DNA of 64,000 nucleotides, from assembly GCA_037146775.1 (NCBI GenBank), contig JBAWWL010000008.1, forward strand, positions 70,160 through 134,159, in the 5' to 3' direction. Below are positions 48,016 through 57,664 of this stretch, piece after piece; position 1 is the first letter of the stretch, and each line of letters opens with the position of its first letter. The position numbers and the translations under genes were made by a program. The notes beneath the pieces are model-generated. The model ran no database searches and had not been told where the DNA came from. It saw only the letters and a list, made by a program, of their open reading frames with translations. This DNA is from Candidatus Omnitrophota bacterium. Lineage in GTDB: Bacteria; Omnitrophota; Gorgyraeia; Duberdicusellales; 4484-171.

Positions 48016-48627
48016 ATGGGATCAGAAAGGTGGGCGATCTGTTGTCCCGGGCCATCGTTATCTAAATATAATTTTTCCAAAAGAATCCAAGTATACAACC
48101 CGGACTGCATCATAGCGGTAAACGGAGCAATCTGCGCTGACCTTGTTTTTGATTATTGGGCTTTAGGAGACATCGAAGTCTTTTCATCAGTATCCGCGAA
48201 GCTGGACTTACCGGGGATAGCTAAACGCACAATCCTATGGATACCTGATTTTTGGTTAAACCACATAAACAAATATACTGATCTTTCGCCAATATTTTAC
48301 AAATTCAGAAGAGAAACCTGGCATAACTTAACTTACGAAATGCATATTGGCATGGGATATCCTTGGAGAGAATACACGATGTTTGCGGCTATAGCCTTGG
48401 CAATAAAGAAAGAGGCCACATTTATTAAAATATATGGCGCTGACATGGATGGAAAGGGTTACTTCCAGCAAGGTTTTGAAAATGTCCGCACCAGGCACAA
48501 TCAGAAGCGCTGGGAAGACGAGCGTTTCTGGTTTAACGAGATAGTACACGTATGTAAGAAATATGGAATAGAAATTGTCCGCGACGAGGTTAAGAATGAA
48601 AGTATTGATAGTAGCGCCAAGGTATAA
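48016..48627 (+). CDS. DUF115/Maf-like (sialyltransferase-fold) protein
   Basis: ICCPGPSL, IAVN, IYGAD motifs. Confidence 0.55.
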   Translation: MGSERWAICCPGPSLSKYNFSKRIQVYNPDCIIAVNGAICADLVFDYWALGDIEVFSSVSAKLDLPGIAKRTILWIPDFWLNHINKYTDLSPIFYKFRRETWHNLTYEMHIGMGYPWREYTMFAAIALAIKKEATFIKIYGADMDGKGYFQQGFENVRTRHNQKRWEDERFWFNEIVHVCKKYGIEIVRDEVKNESIDSSAKV

Positions 48628-50092
48628 ACCTTTTGGCCAATTCTATGAGTTGCCGTTGGGCCTGGCGTATTTGTCAGCATATTTAAAGACAAAAGGTGTG
48701 CATGTTGATTTTTTAAATCTTAATCAGTGCCCTTTTGACGAGGTATTGATCAAGATGTTATCCGAAGCAGATATCGTTTGCACCGGGGGGCTTTCAGTGC
48801 ATTATCATCAAGTTAAAACTATTATCGATATGGCTAAATGCATCAATCCAGCTATAAAAACTATTGTCGGCGGCGGTTTGATAAGTGCAACCGCAGGCAT
48901 AGTGATGCGCGCTCTAAACGCTGACGTTGGGATCATAGGAGAAGGAGAAATAACATTATTTGAAGTCATAAAGGCCATAGAGGAAAAAAGAAAAATAAGC
49001 ACGATTCCAAACGTAATAGCCAATGAAGATGGCGTTTATGTTATTGATACTACTTCCTACCGGACAGAAATAGATAATATAGATACCCTGCCATTCCCGG
49101 ATTATGAAGGATTAGGCATAGAACAATATCTTGATAAACAATTATGCGGTGATGAACATTACCTTTATCCTTTTGATAACCCCCGCGGTATGCCTATCAT
49201 TTCCAGCCGGTCCTGCCCCTTCAACTGCACATTTTGTTTTCATCCTATCGGTCAAAAATACCGGCAAAGGTCGCTGGATAATTTATTCACTGAGATAGAT
49301 TATCTTGTAGAAAGATACCGGATTAATATTCTCTCTATACTTGATGAGCTTTTCTCTTTGGATCACGCGCGCATAAAAGAATTTTGCCGGCGTATCAAAA
49401 AATATAACCTTAGGTGGATGACGCAAATGCGTGTTGACAGCGTTACAGAAGAAATAATCGGCTTACTTAAAGAATCAGGCTGTTTTCAAATCAGCTTCGG
49501 CGTTGAAAGCGCAAGTAATAAGGTTTTAGAAAGCATGAATAAGAAAATCTCTATTGAACAAATAGGCCAGGCTCTTGAATGGTCCTATAACGCAGGGATA
49601 GGAATACAGGGAAACTTTATATTCGGGGATAAGGCCGAAACCCCGGCAACGGCAAAAGAAACACTGGATTGGTGGTTGGCGCATAAAAAATACGCGCTCA
49701 ATTTAACTTATATAATCCCTTACCCGGGAAGCGGGCTTTACAATTACGCAGTGATTAAGGGGATTATCAAGGATGAAACAAAATATCTTACAAATAATTG
49801 TCCTTTCGTAAAGATCACACCAAGCTTTCCGGAAGTTTCTTCTATGCTGGAATCATATAGAAACCAACACAATCACCTACCGGCAATAAACCAGGTATCT
49901 CAAAAGGTTGGATATGATCCAATCAGGGGCGAACTTTATCAGGTTACAGCCGTTTGCCCGCATTGCAAGAAACAGGAAACATATAAAAACTTATATTGGG
50001 GCAGTACCGGGATATCGTTTTTATCTGGGAGAGGTTACCGGATCGGCTGCCGGGATTGTAACCAGAGGTTTGATTTAACAAAGTTTAATTGA
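48596..50092 (+). CDS. cobalamin-binding radical SAM enzyme
   Basis: PLGLAYLSAYL, VGG, GEGE, SRSCPFNCTFC, GVES, FIFG..ET, PYPGS. Confidence 0.9.
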   Translation: MKVLIVAPRYKPFGQFYELPLGLAYLSAYLKTKGVHVDFLNLNQCPFDEVLIKMLSEADIVCTGGLSVHYHQVKTIIDMAKCINPAIKTIVGGGLISATAGIVMRALNADVGIIGEGEITLFEVIKAIEEKRKISTIPNVIANEDGVYVIDTTSYRTEIDNIDTLPFPDYEGLGIEQYLDKQLCGDEHYLYPFDNPRGMPIISSRSCPFNCTFCFHPIGQKYRQRSLDNLFTEIDYLVERYRINILSILDELFSLDHARIKEFCRRIKKYNLRWMTQMRVDSVTEEIIGLLKESGCFQISFGVESASNKVLESMNKKISIEQIGQALEWSYNAGIGIQGNFIFGDKAETPATAKETLDWWLAHKKYALNLTYIIPYPGSGLYNYAVIKGIIKDETKYLTNNCPFVKITPSFPEVSSMLESYRNQHNHLPAINQVSQKVGYDPIRGELYQVTAVCPHCKKQETYKNLYWGSTGISFLSGRGYRIGCRDCNQRFDLTKFN

Positions 50093-50094
50093 TA

Positions 50095-50778
50095 ATGAGA
50101 ATAGCAATAGCGATAGCAACGAGAGGAAACGATATCTATGCAAAGTTACTGCATTTTTGCTGTGAAGCTGTAAAGAAATATAATTGTGACATAGTTACTT
50201 CTGAAGCTGGTTTTTCTGCTGAACAAGCGCAGACAAATTTATTTCATTACATACTCAGCTGTGATTTTGATTATGTTCTTTTAATAGATAGCGATGTGGC
50301 GGTGCCCTTTGATACGCTGGATAAATTATTAGCCTGTAAAACCGACATTGTTAGCGCCCCGGTACTACATTATGATCCAATGACAAACGACATTCATTGG
50401 AATATATCTTTAGAAATGATTAACCCAACTGAATTTAAAAGATTATATGAGCGTAAAGATTCCGGGGTCGAAGAACTTATGTCATCATCATTTGCATGTC
50501 TTTTACTCAGCAAGAAAGTTTTTCAAATTTTTAAAGACGCCGGAGAAAGTTTTTTTACATGGTCGCCTTTGGTTGATGAAAGATGGAACAGGCGAAATTC
50601 GGACAACATTTTTTTCTTAAAAGCCAAAGCCTTGGGGTTACGATCGTTTGTTTGTTGGGAAATAAAAGGCGCTGTCCACAATAGAACAATTAAATTAACA
50701 GATCAGCTAATAACACACTTTTATGCGCATTGTCCGCAAAAATGTAAATCTGAAATAATAGAGATAAAAAAACCATAA
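50095..50778 (+). CDS. GT-A fold glycosyltransferase-like protein
   Basis: DYVLLIDSD DxD motif, F.CLL....VF, D..FF..A...G. Confidence 0.7.
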   Translation: MRIAIAIATRGNDIYAKLLHFCCEAVKKYNCDIVTSEAGFSAEQAQTNLFHYILSCDFDYVLLIDSDVAVPFDTLDKLLACKTDIVSAPVLHYDPMTNDIHWNISLEMINPTEFKRLYERKDSGVEELMSSSFACLLLSKKVFQIFKDAGESFFTWSPLVDERWNRRNSDNIFFLKAKALGLRSFVCWEIKGAVHNRTIKLTDQLITHFYAHCPQKCKSEIIEIKKP

Positions 50779-50784
50779 TTAGAT

Positions 50785-51498
50785 ATGAATAACGATACAA
50801 AATTATTAGTTATCTGCCCTAGCCGGATACGTCCGGTCCGGCTAAAAGAAATGCTTCAAAGCTTTGATGCCACGAAAAGCGAAGGTACAGATATCGTTGT
50901 TTATGTAGCTGATGATGATCCCACGATAGAAGAATACAAGTCTTTGTTGCAAGGTAGAAATCTTGTTATCGGGCGCCGCCGGCATCTTGTAGAGGTATTG
51001 AATTATATATCCTGCGAGCTTTACCCATGGCTGGCTTATTATGGCGAGATTAACGATGATCATATATATCGCACTCCTGGGTGGGACAAGGTGCTTATAA
51101 ACGCTTTAGAGGCACGTGGAGGAGGTTGGGGAATAGCTTGCGGAACTGATCATATAAATGATAACTGGTATAAGTTCAGACATCCAAGCGCTTGTGTAAT
51201 ATCCGGAAAGATGGTTAGAACACTTGGGTTTTTTGTTTTACCGCTTTTACAGCACATGTGGACCGATGTTTTTTTAAGGGATATTTCCGAAGGCATAGGA
51301 AGATTATACTTTTGTCCGGAAGTGGTAACAGAGCACATGCATATAAGTACCGGCAAAGCCAGAAACGATGCTAACTATAAGTGGGTATATTCACCGGAAC
51401 AAATGAAGTTTGGCCAAGAAAACTACGAAAAATGGAAACGGGAACATTATATACAAACCATCGATAAATTAAAAAAGGCCATAGAAAATGACCGTTGA
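50785..51498 (+). CDS. GT2-like glycosyltransferase
   Basis: CPSR.RP, V..DDP, NDDH..RT.GWD, H...D, EHMH. Confidence 0.75.
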   Translation: MNNDTKLLVICPSRIRPVRLKEMLQSFDATKSEGTDIVVYVADDDPTIEEYKSLLQGRNLVIGRRRHLVEVLNYISCELYPWLAYYGEINDDHIYRTPGWDKVLINALEARGGGWGIACGTDHINDNWYKFRHPSACVISGKMVRTLGFFVLPLLQHMWTDVFLRDISEGIGRLYFCPEVVTEHMHISTGKARNDANYKWVYSPEQMKFGQENYEKWKREHYIQTIDKLKKAIENDR

Positions 51499-52120
51499 CA
51501 TAGCTATACCTACTTATTGCAGGCCTCAAAAACTTTCTTGGCTTATTAAATCTATTCTTGTGAATGATTACCCGGGATATCGAATAATCATTATCCCTGA
51601 TTACGAGAGAAAACATGTATTCAGGTTGATCAATGAAGCATCTCAAAAGAGCGATGCAGATATATTTTTGGGTATATCCGATGATACAGAATTTGAACGT
51701 GACGTTATTATTTCGGCAGTTTCTTCTATGAAAGAACATTTTCCTGATACCGATGGAATTATCTATATGAATTGGTTAAATCTTCCCAATGTATGCAAGG
51801 GGGCTATCGCTTTTACCGGTAAAAAATTCCGTGAAAGGTTTCCTGATAAGTTTATATATTGTCCGGACTATATAAGTCTTTATGCTGATGATGAGCTTGG
51901 AAGGTATGCAGAGTCAATAAATAAGTTAGCTTTTTGTTCCGATACAGGATTGCATCATTACCATCCATCAGCTTATCCGGATCAGGTTGATATAACTCAT
52001 AAACTTGGAAGAGTAAATCAGCCGCACGACTTGGATGTTAGATCGTTAAGGAAAGCCAAGGGTTATCTTTGGGGAAAAGATTTCAATTTGGTAACAACAG
52101 ATTTAGAAAGAATTTTATAG
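51488..52120 (+). CDS. GT2-like glycosyltransferase
   Basis: IAIPTY.RP, SDD, Y.D.EL, H.HP. Confidence 0.7.
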   Translation: MTVDIAIPTYCRPQKLSWLIKSILVNDYPGYRIIIIPDYERKHVFRLINEASQKSDADIFLGISDDTEFERDVIISAVSSMKEHFPDTDGIIYMNWLNLPNVCKGAIAFTGKKFRERFPDKFIYCPDYISLYADDELGRYAESINKLAFCSDTGLHHYHPSAYPDQVDITHKLGRVNQPHDLDVRSLRKAKGYLWGKDFNLVTTDLERIL

Positions 52121-52137
52121 AATCAAGAGTTTTCGAG

Positions 52138-53298
52138 ATGAATAAATTTATCGTAGTCAGTTACTATACAAAAAACACAAGTTATCAAAATAGCGTAGAG
52201 AGGTTAAGGCAGTCTTTGGATAAACTTAATATTAATTATCACATCCAGCCAATCGACAACCTGGGCAGCTGGGATAAAAACACCCACTATAAAGCAAGCT
52301 TTATTTTAGAAATGCTAGATAAGTATCCGGACAAGAACATAGTTTTTATAGACGCCGATGCGATAGTACATAGTTACCCTGATCTCTTTGACGTCCTGGA
52401 TGTTGATTTTGCTGTTCATTACTTCCGCGGCCGGCAACTGGCTTCCGGTACGCTGTTCTTTAAGAATAACACTATATCCAGGGAGCTATTAAAAGCATGG
52501 ATAGAGAGAAACAATCAAGACAAAACAAACCTGGATCAGCAAAATCTACAGAATATCATTGAAGAGGTTTGGAAATACAAGATAACAATTTTCGATTTAC
52601 CACCGGAATATTGCACTATCTTTGATATGAGAGAACGAATCCCACGCCCAATTATTGAGCATTTTCAGCTTTCCCGGGAAGGCCGCATAGAAGTTAATTT
52701 ATATCATAGGGAACACGAGAAATACTCAAAACAATGGAAAGATGGATATCAACGTTCTGCCTGCGCTGTGCCTTTAGGCTATTATATTGCAGCAAAAGCA
52801 CAGAAACATTGGAAGCTGCTTGACATCGGCTGTGGAGACGGAACAACTATTAATATTTTAAATAGATTAGGATTCTGCTGCTACGGTACGGATATAACCT
52901 TGAATGGATTAATAGGCAAGCCAATTTATACTTATAAAAACACACCAATTCCAGAAAATCTGATTACAGAGGCTCCTATATGGAATATTCCATGCAAAGA
53001 CGATGAATTTGATTTTACTTTTTCAACGGATATGCTTGAGCATTTACCACCGGAACTTATAAACAAATCAATCAAAGAAATATACCGTATATCAAAATTA
53101 AAGACATATCATTGCATTGCAAATTTCAGCCATATTTTATCTAATCAAGAAATGCACTTGACTATCCGCCCGTTCGAATGGTGGCAAAAGCATTTTGAAG
53201 CGCTTAACTTTAAAAAGATAGATACCAGGATAGATGATCGCAAGGATTTTATGCTTAGCCCACTGACACGGATAGGGGGTAATGAAAATGGCATTTAA
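52138..53298 (+). CDS. nucleotide-diphospho-sugar transferase fused to a SAM methyltransferase
   Basis: N-terminal W......KA.FI, FIDADA, SGT.FF, DQ..L, LP.EY; C-terminal LDIGCGDG, D.LEH.P. Confidence 0.75.
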   Translation: MNKFIVVSYYTKNTSYQNSVERLRQSLDKLNINYHIQPIDNLGSWDKNTHYKASFILEMLDKYPDKNIVFIDADAIVHSYPDLFDVLDVDFAVHYFRGRQLASGTLFFKNNTISRELLKAWIERNNQDKTNLDQQNLQNIIEEVWKYKITIFDLPPEYCTIFDMRERIPRPIIEHFQLSREGRIEVNLYHREHEKYSKQWKDGYQRSACAVPLGYYIAAKAQKHWKLLDIGCGDGTTINILNRLGFCCYGTDITLNGLIGKPIYTYKNTPIPENLITEAPIWNIPCKDDEFDFTFSTDMLEHLPPELINKSIKEIYRISKLKTYHCIANFSHILSNQEMHLTIRPFEWWQKHFEALNFKKIDTRIDDRKDFMLSPLTRIGGNENGI

Positions 53299-53473
53299 TT
53301 TAAGATGTATGATCTGCGGCAATGAGCATAAAGCTAGAAAGGATAAATTCCCTGTAGTTTATGCTATCCAAGATAAAGATGCTAAGACCGGAGCAGTCAT
53401 CGAAAAAATATTAGGTCATGTCTGTAAAAAATGCGTTCGGAAGGCACGTAAGCACGGAGGAAGGATACAATGA
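53288..53473 (+). CDS. small zinc-binding phage protein
   Basis: CMICG...CKKC. Confidence 0.55.
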   Translation: MAFNLRCMICGNEHKARKDKFPVVYAIQDKDAKTGAVIEKILGHVCKKCVRKARKHGGRIQ

Positions 53474-53670
53474 TGTGGCTGCTTACGGCTTTGTCGATTG
53501 TTGGGGTAGTGCTTAATATACAAAAGAACAGGTCCTGTTTTAAGATCTGGGTTTTTACTAATGCATCCTGGTGCGTGTATGATTTTCTTATAAAAGCTTA
53601 CGCCCAAAGTTTTTTATTTCTTGTGTACACGGCTTTAGCGGTATGGGGTTTCGTTAAATGGAAAAAGTAA
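53470..53670 (+). CDS. small 3-TM PnuC-like membrane protein
   Basis: LSIVGVVLN....CF.IW...N..W..........Q..LF.VY...A.WG...W. Confidence 0.6.
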   Translation: MMWLLTALSIVGVVLNIQKNRSCFKIWVFTNASWCVYDFLIKAYAQSFLFLVYTALAVWGFVKWKK

Positions 53671-53691
53671 TAATCAAAAAGGAGGGAGAAG

Positions 53692-54135
53692 ATGAAGCAG
53701 GTTACTCGAAAACAAAAGACAAGTTCGCCAAGGTTTCTTGACAACGAGAATGGCACAATCACCGATACGAAGACCGGGCTTATCTGGGTTAAAAATCCGC
53801 ATACTGATTTGCCGGAAGAGTTTAAGAATTACATGACCTGGAAGCAAGCTGTAGACGCTTGTAAGAAGCTTAACTATGCCGGCAATAAAGACTGGCGGTT
53901 GCCTACGGTAGAGGAGTTAAGAGAGCTTGTAGATTACGCACGCGGCAGTAAGTCCGAAGAGCCAGCAATAGATACATCAGTCTTTCCGGATACTAAATGC
54001 AACTGGTACTGGACATCTACTTCCTGTGCCTGGGATCCGAGCAGCGCTTGGGTAGTGGATTTCTATGGCGGCGACGTGGGCAACGGCGGTAAGGGCAACA
54101 GTAACTATGTACGTCCGGTTCGTTCCAGCCAGTGA
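53692..54135 (+). CDS. DGR target protein, DUF1566/Lcl C-type-lectin-fold domain
   Basis: RF.DN.NGTITD..TGL.W, W..A...C..L...G..DWRLPT.EEL, YWTST, AW.V.F..G, VRPVR; VR at the 3' end. Confidence 0.92.
   Translation: MKQVTRKQKTSSPRFLDNENGTITDTKTGLIWVKNPHTDLPEEFKNYMTWKQAVDACKKLNYAGNKDWRLPTVEELRELVDYARGSKSEEPAIDTSVFPDTKCNWYWTSTSCAWDPSSAWVVDFYGGDVGNGGKGNSNYVRPVRSSQ
54027..54132 (+). repeat. DGR variable repeat (VR)
   Basis: 106-bp ungapped match to 54657-54762; 15 mismatches, all opposite TR adenines. Confidence 0.95.
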
Positions 54136-54169
54136 GTTGAAGTTTTGACTTTTTTGACGAGGTTAAAAA

Positions 54170-54544
54170 ATGAGTTTATATGAACAACTTCCGGTTTATA
54201 AATCAGCCTTAGATTTAGCGGTGTATTTTGAAAAGATAGTTAGTAATTTTGAGCGTTCTCACAAGTTCACGATTGGAGCTGATTTAAAAAACCTCTCTCG
54301 CCGGATTCTTGTTTTGGTTGCTAAAGCCAACACTAAGCAATCAAGAAAAGAATGTCTTGTCGAGGTATTAGATAAACTGGAAGAGCTTAAAATTATCATT
54401 CATCTTTGCAAGGAGATAAAAGCATTCCGTTCTTTAAACAGTTTTGAATTTGCAACAAAGTCAGTAATCGAAGTATCGAAACAATGCGAAGGGTGGTTAA
54501 GAAGCCAGAATTTCTCAGGTGTAAAACTTGAGGAAGCGAGCTAA
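54170..54544 (+). CDS. avd: DGR accessory variability determinant (four-helix bundle)
   Basis: LPVYK...DL......V.NF...HKFTIG..L...E..KQ..GW; lies between VR and TR. Confidence 0.88.
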   Translation: MSLYEQLPVYKSALDLAVYFEKIVSNFERSHKFTIGADLKNLSRRILVLVAKANTKQSRKECLVEVLDKLEELKIIIHLCKEIKAFRSLNSFEFATKSVIEVSKQCEGWLRSQNFSGVKLEEAS

Positions 54545-54656
54545 AGAAGTCACTGGGCGCTTATTCCACCAGGATTGGTATAAGAATGCAGGAAGTAGTA
54601 CTGAAGGGATCTGCTTTCGGAGGCCTTAAAACGGCAAGAAGTGAATAAGCAAAAGT

Positions 54657-54762
54657 TGCCTGGAATCCGAGCAGCGCTTGGATAGTGAATTTCAATAACG
54701 GCAACGTGAACAACAACAATAAGGACAACAATAACTATGTACGTCCGGTTCGTTCCAGCCAG
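54657..54762 (+). repeat. DGR template repeat (TR)
   Basis: AAC/AAT-rich copy of the VR (reads AWNPSSAWIVNFNNGNVNNNNKDNNNYVRPVRSSQ). Confidence 0.95.
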
Positions 54763-55834
54763 CGGCTCAAAAAGTGGAATATTCTCTTACAGGAATATCT
54801 ACCGGAGTTATCTTGATTGCCGGCGCAAAAAACGCAATACTTATAATGCGCTAAAGTTTGAGATTAACGCCGAAGAGAATATTCTTAAGTTAGAGCAATC
54901 ATTAAAGAACAAAACTTACCACCCTTCGCGTTCTATTCTTTTTGCCGCCAAGAAACCTAAATTACGAGAAATATTCGCCGCTGATTTTAAAGATAGGGTA
55001 GTTCACCATATCCTGGTTAATGAACTTGAAAAGATATGGGAGCCTATCTTTATTTACGATTCCTACGCCTGCCGCGATGGGAAAGGAACACACAGGGCAG
55101 TAGCTAGATTGCAGAAATTTTTGCGTAGCGCGACAACAAACGGTAAAGTCCGGGCATATTATTTGCAGCTGGATATTAAAGACTTTTTTACAAGCATAGA
55201 CAAGAAAACACTCTTTTCTTTGATCAGCCGGAAAGTATCGAATCCGGACGTTCTCTGGCTTGTGGATGTGATCCTTTTCTGGGATTGCACTAAGTCATAT
55301 ACACCTAAAGGGCCTAAACAAATATTGCTTAATATCCCACCTAACAAAAGCCTTTTTGATAAAGATAATTTACGCGGTTTGCCTATAGGTAATCTTACCA
55401 GTCAATTCTTTGCAAATATTTACTTGAACACCCTAGATCAATTCGTGAAGCATAATCTCAAAGCAAAATATTATCTGCGTTACGTAGATGACTTTGTATT
55501 GTTAAGTAGGGATAAAGACGAGCTCCTGCGATGGAAAGAAGAAATCAAAAACTTCCTGGCTAATACCCTAAGTCTACAACTACACCCTAAACGTCAAAAG
55601 CTTCAACCGGTATCCAATGGCATAGATTTCTTGGGTTATATTACTCGGCACAACTATATCTTGGTTAGGCGTAGGGTAGTCAATAATCTTAAGGCGCTAA
55701 TTGAAGCTTTTACAAAGTCAAAAGTTAAAGATTTCAAAAAGTTTAACGATTCAATAGCTTCATACCTAGGACATTTCAAGTGGGCAAATACTTTTAGGTT
55801 GAAGAATAAACTAGGGTTATCTTATGCAAATTAG
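54737..55834 (+). CDS. DGR reverse transcriptase
   Basis: K.REIFAA.F.DRVVHH, SYACR.GKGTH.A, LDI..FF, GLPIGNLTSQFFANIYL, RYVDDF, GIDFLGY; adjacent to TR and avd; start uncertain. Confidence 0.95.
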   Translation: MYVRFVPASGSKSGIFSYRNIYRSYLDCRRKKRNTYNALKFEINAEENILKLEQSLKNKTYHPSRSILFAAKKPKLREIFAADFKDRVVHHILVNELEKIWEPIFIYDSYACRDGKGTHRAVARLQKFLRSATTNGKVRAYYLQLDIKDFFTSIDKKTLFSLISRKVSNPDVLWLVDVILFWDCTKSYTPKGPKQILLNIPPNKSLFDKDNLRGLPIGNLTSQFFANIYLNTLDQFVKHNLKAKYYLRYVDDFVLLSRDKDELLRWKEEIKNFLANTLSLQLHPKRQKLQPVSNGIDFLGYITRHNYILVRRRVVNNLKALIEAFTKSKVKDFKKFNDSIASYLGHFKWANTFRLKNKLGLSYAN

Positions 55835-56204
55835 TTTTTTTATAGATGTATCGCCATCATCTTTAAACACCACGCAGTGCCAACACTGGACAGCGCGATA
55901 CAAAGATCGTAATAGATGGAGAGAATTAATATTCGAACACTGGATGTTAAACAAACGGTACGTATTTACTAAGCCGGTAAAGGTGTTATATATTTTAAGT
56001 TTTCCAGATAGACGCCAGCGCGATAAAGATAACTATATCGGCGGCATGAAAAATATCACTGACGCATTAAAGAAAACATTTATAACTCGGGACGACGCAA
56101 GTTGGCTTAGGAACGTCGATGTAGCCTTCATAAAAGGCCCTCAAGGATTAAGAGTTCTCATTGACGAGGTAACCGAAGCGGAAAACAGAGGAAATGTAAG
56201 TTAA
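55824..56204 (+). CDS. RusA-like Holliday junction resolvase
   Basis: S.N, F...R.RD.DN.....K...DAL......DD. Confidence 0.7.
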   Translation: MQISFFIDVSPSSLNTTQCQHWTARYKDRNRWRELIFEHWMLNKRYVFTKPVKVLYILSFPDRRQRDKDNYIGGMKNITDALKKTFITRDDASWLRNVDVAFIKGPQGLRVLIDEVTEAENRGNVS

Positions 56205-56205
56205 A

Positions 56206-57273
56206 ATGACTAAGTATCTTTTTGACGGACACAAATTAATTTGGCACATGGATAGAGTTCATAAGCATTACAAGCTTGGTAAACGTATCCCACCTATTCA
56301 TATAGATATTGGAGTTACAAAGCTATGCAATGCACGGTGTGTTTATTGCTACGGTATCTTTCAAAAGTTAAGTGGTGATATTATCCCTAAGTCTACGCTA
56401 ATGAGGCTCTTTAAGGACGCTCCCACTTGTGGGGTTAAGTCTTTAGCTATTATTGGCGACGGCGATCCTACATTAAACTCCGGAATCTATGATGCAATAA
56501 CCGTTGGCAAGGATAGCGGGCTTGACATAGCTTTTGGAACTAACGGTATTCTGCTTGATGATGATAAGTTGTTATGCCTTTTATCTTCCTGCGCGTGGTT
56601 AAGGTTTAATCTTTCGGCAGTAGATAAGCAAAGATATTTAGATATTCACGGCGTAGACAAGTGGGGGCAAGTTAAAGGGAATATCATAAGAGCGGCAGAG
56701 CTTAAAAGTAGGTACGGCCTTAAATGCACGATTGGTTTGCAAATGGTGTTGATACCTGATTGCGTTGAGCAAGTCATACCGGAAGCGCAATTTGCTTTAG
56801 ACACCGGAGTTGACTATTTCGTTATTAAGCAATTCAGCGACCCGCAATGTGATGAAATGTCAAGGTTTTCTCTGACTTGGTATGATAACCCCGAGGTGTT
56901 AGATATCCTTAAACGCGCCGAGGCAATGTCAACGGATAAGACAGCGATTATTCCAAAATGGAACACAATATCATCTAAAGGTGTGAGGCCCTACGACCAT
57001 TGCGTTGACTGCCCGCTTATTTTCCAGATTAGCGGAAACGGAAAAGCCTACCCTTGCGGCTATCTGTTTGGCGATGATAGGTATTGCTATGGCGATTTAA
57101 ATAAACAATCGCTGGGCGAGATTTTATACAGCGAGCATTATTGGGGAGTAATTAAATATATGCGCGAGAGGTTTGATGTGCATAAGGATTGCGCGGGGTG
57201 CTGTCGTCATGACCACAGTAACAAGTTTATTTGGGGATACTTACATCCACCGGTACACTTAAATTTCATTTAG
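56206..57273 (+). CDS. radical SAM/SPASM protein
   Basis: CNARCVYC, G.G.PT.N, TNG; C-terminal C.....G..YPC...G.L....L.EI...C..CC. Confidence 0.9.
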   Translation: MTKYLFDGHKLIWHMDRVHKHYKLGKRIPPIHIDIGVTKLCNARCVYCYGIFQKLSGDIIPKSTLMRLFKDAPTCGVKSLAIIGDGDPTLNSGIYDAITVGKDSGLDIAFGTNGILLDDDKLLCLLSSCAWLRFNLSAVDKQRYLDIHGVDKWGQVKGNIIRAAELKSRYGLKCTIGLQMVLIPDCVEQVIPEAQFALDTGVDYFVIKQFSDPQCDEMSRFSLTWYDNPEVLDILKRAEAMSTDKTAIIPKWNTISSKGVRPYDHCVDCPLIFQISGNGKAYPCGYLFGDDRYCYGDLNKQSLGEILYSEHYWGVIKYMRERFDVHKDCAGCCRHDHSNKFIWGYLHPPVHLNFI

Positions 57274-57280
57274 GAGGCTT

Positions 57281-57664
57281 ATGAAACATAAAACAAATAT
57301 TGATATGAGCTTAGGTGATGTGATTGACAGGTTGACTATTCTTTCAAGAAAGATATTTTTCGGCGCCGAGGGGGCATATAAAGAGCATACTTATCTTACC
57401 GAGGGTATAGATAGGCTTGGGATTAAGCTATCCGGCGCTCTCCTTGCCGTAATTATCCGCATAAACCAGATGAATATAGAAATATGGAACTTGGAAAATT
57501 CTATCCGTAACGACACCGAAGACAAAATGGACAATGCCGAGGTTGGCAGACGCGCCAAGCTGATACGCGATTACAACAAGAAGCGGATCGAATACAAAAA
57601 CGAAATTAACCGTCTTACTGAAATGGGGTTTCGTGAGTTCAAAACAAAACACAGAAGCCAATGA
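57281..57664 (+). CDS. helical hypothetical protein (DUF6165-like)
   Basis: SLG..IDRLTIL..K...L..IN..IW.LE..IR...N..R...K.EIN. Confidence 0.6.
   Translation: MKHKTNIDMSLGDVIDRLTILSRKIFFGAEGAYKEHTYLTEGIDRLGIKLSGALLAVIIRINQMNIEIWNLENSIRNDTEDKMDNAEVGRRAKLIRDYNKKRIEYKNEINRLTEMGFREFKTKHRSQ

Noticed and set aside
54737-55834. Group II intron, retron or Abi reverse transcriptase
   Set aside because: No maturase/endonuclease extension or retron VTG motif; the SQ motif, avd and an adenine-specific TR/VR pair identify a DGR.
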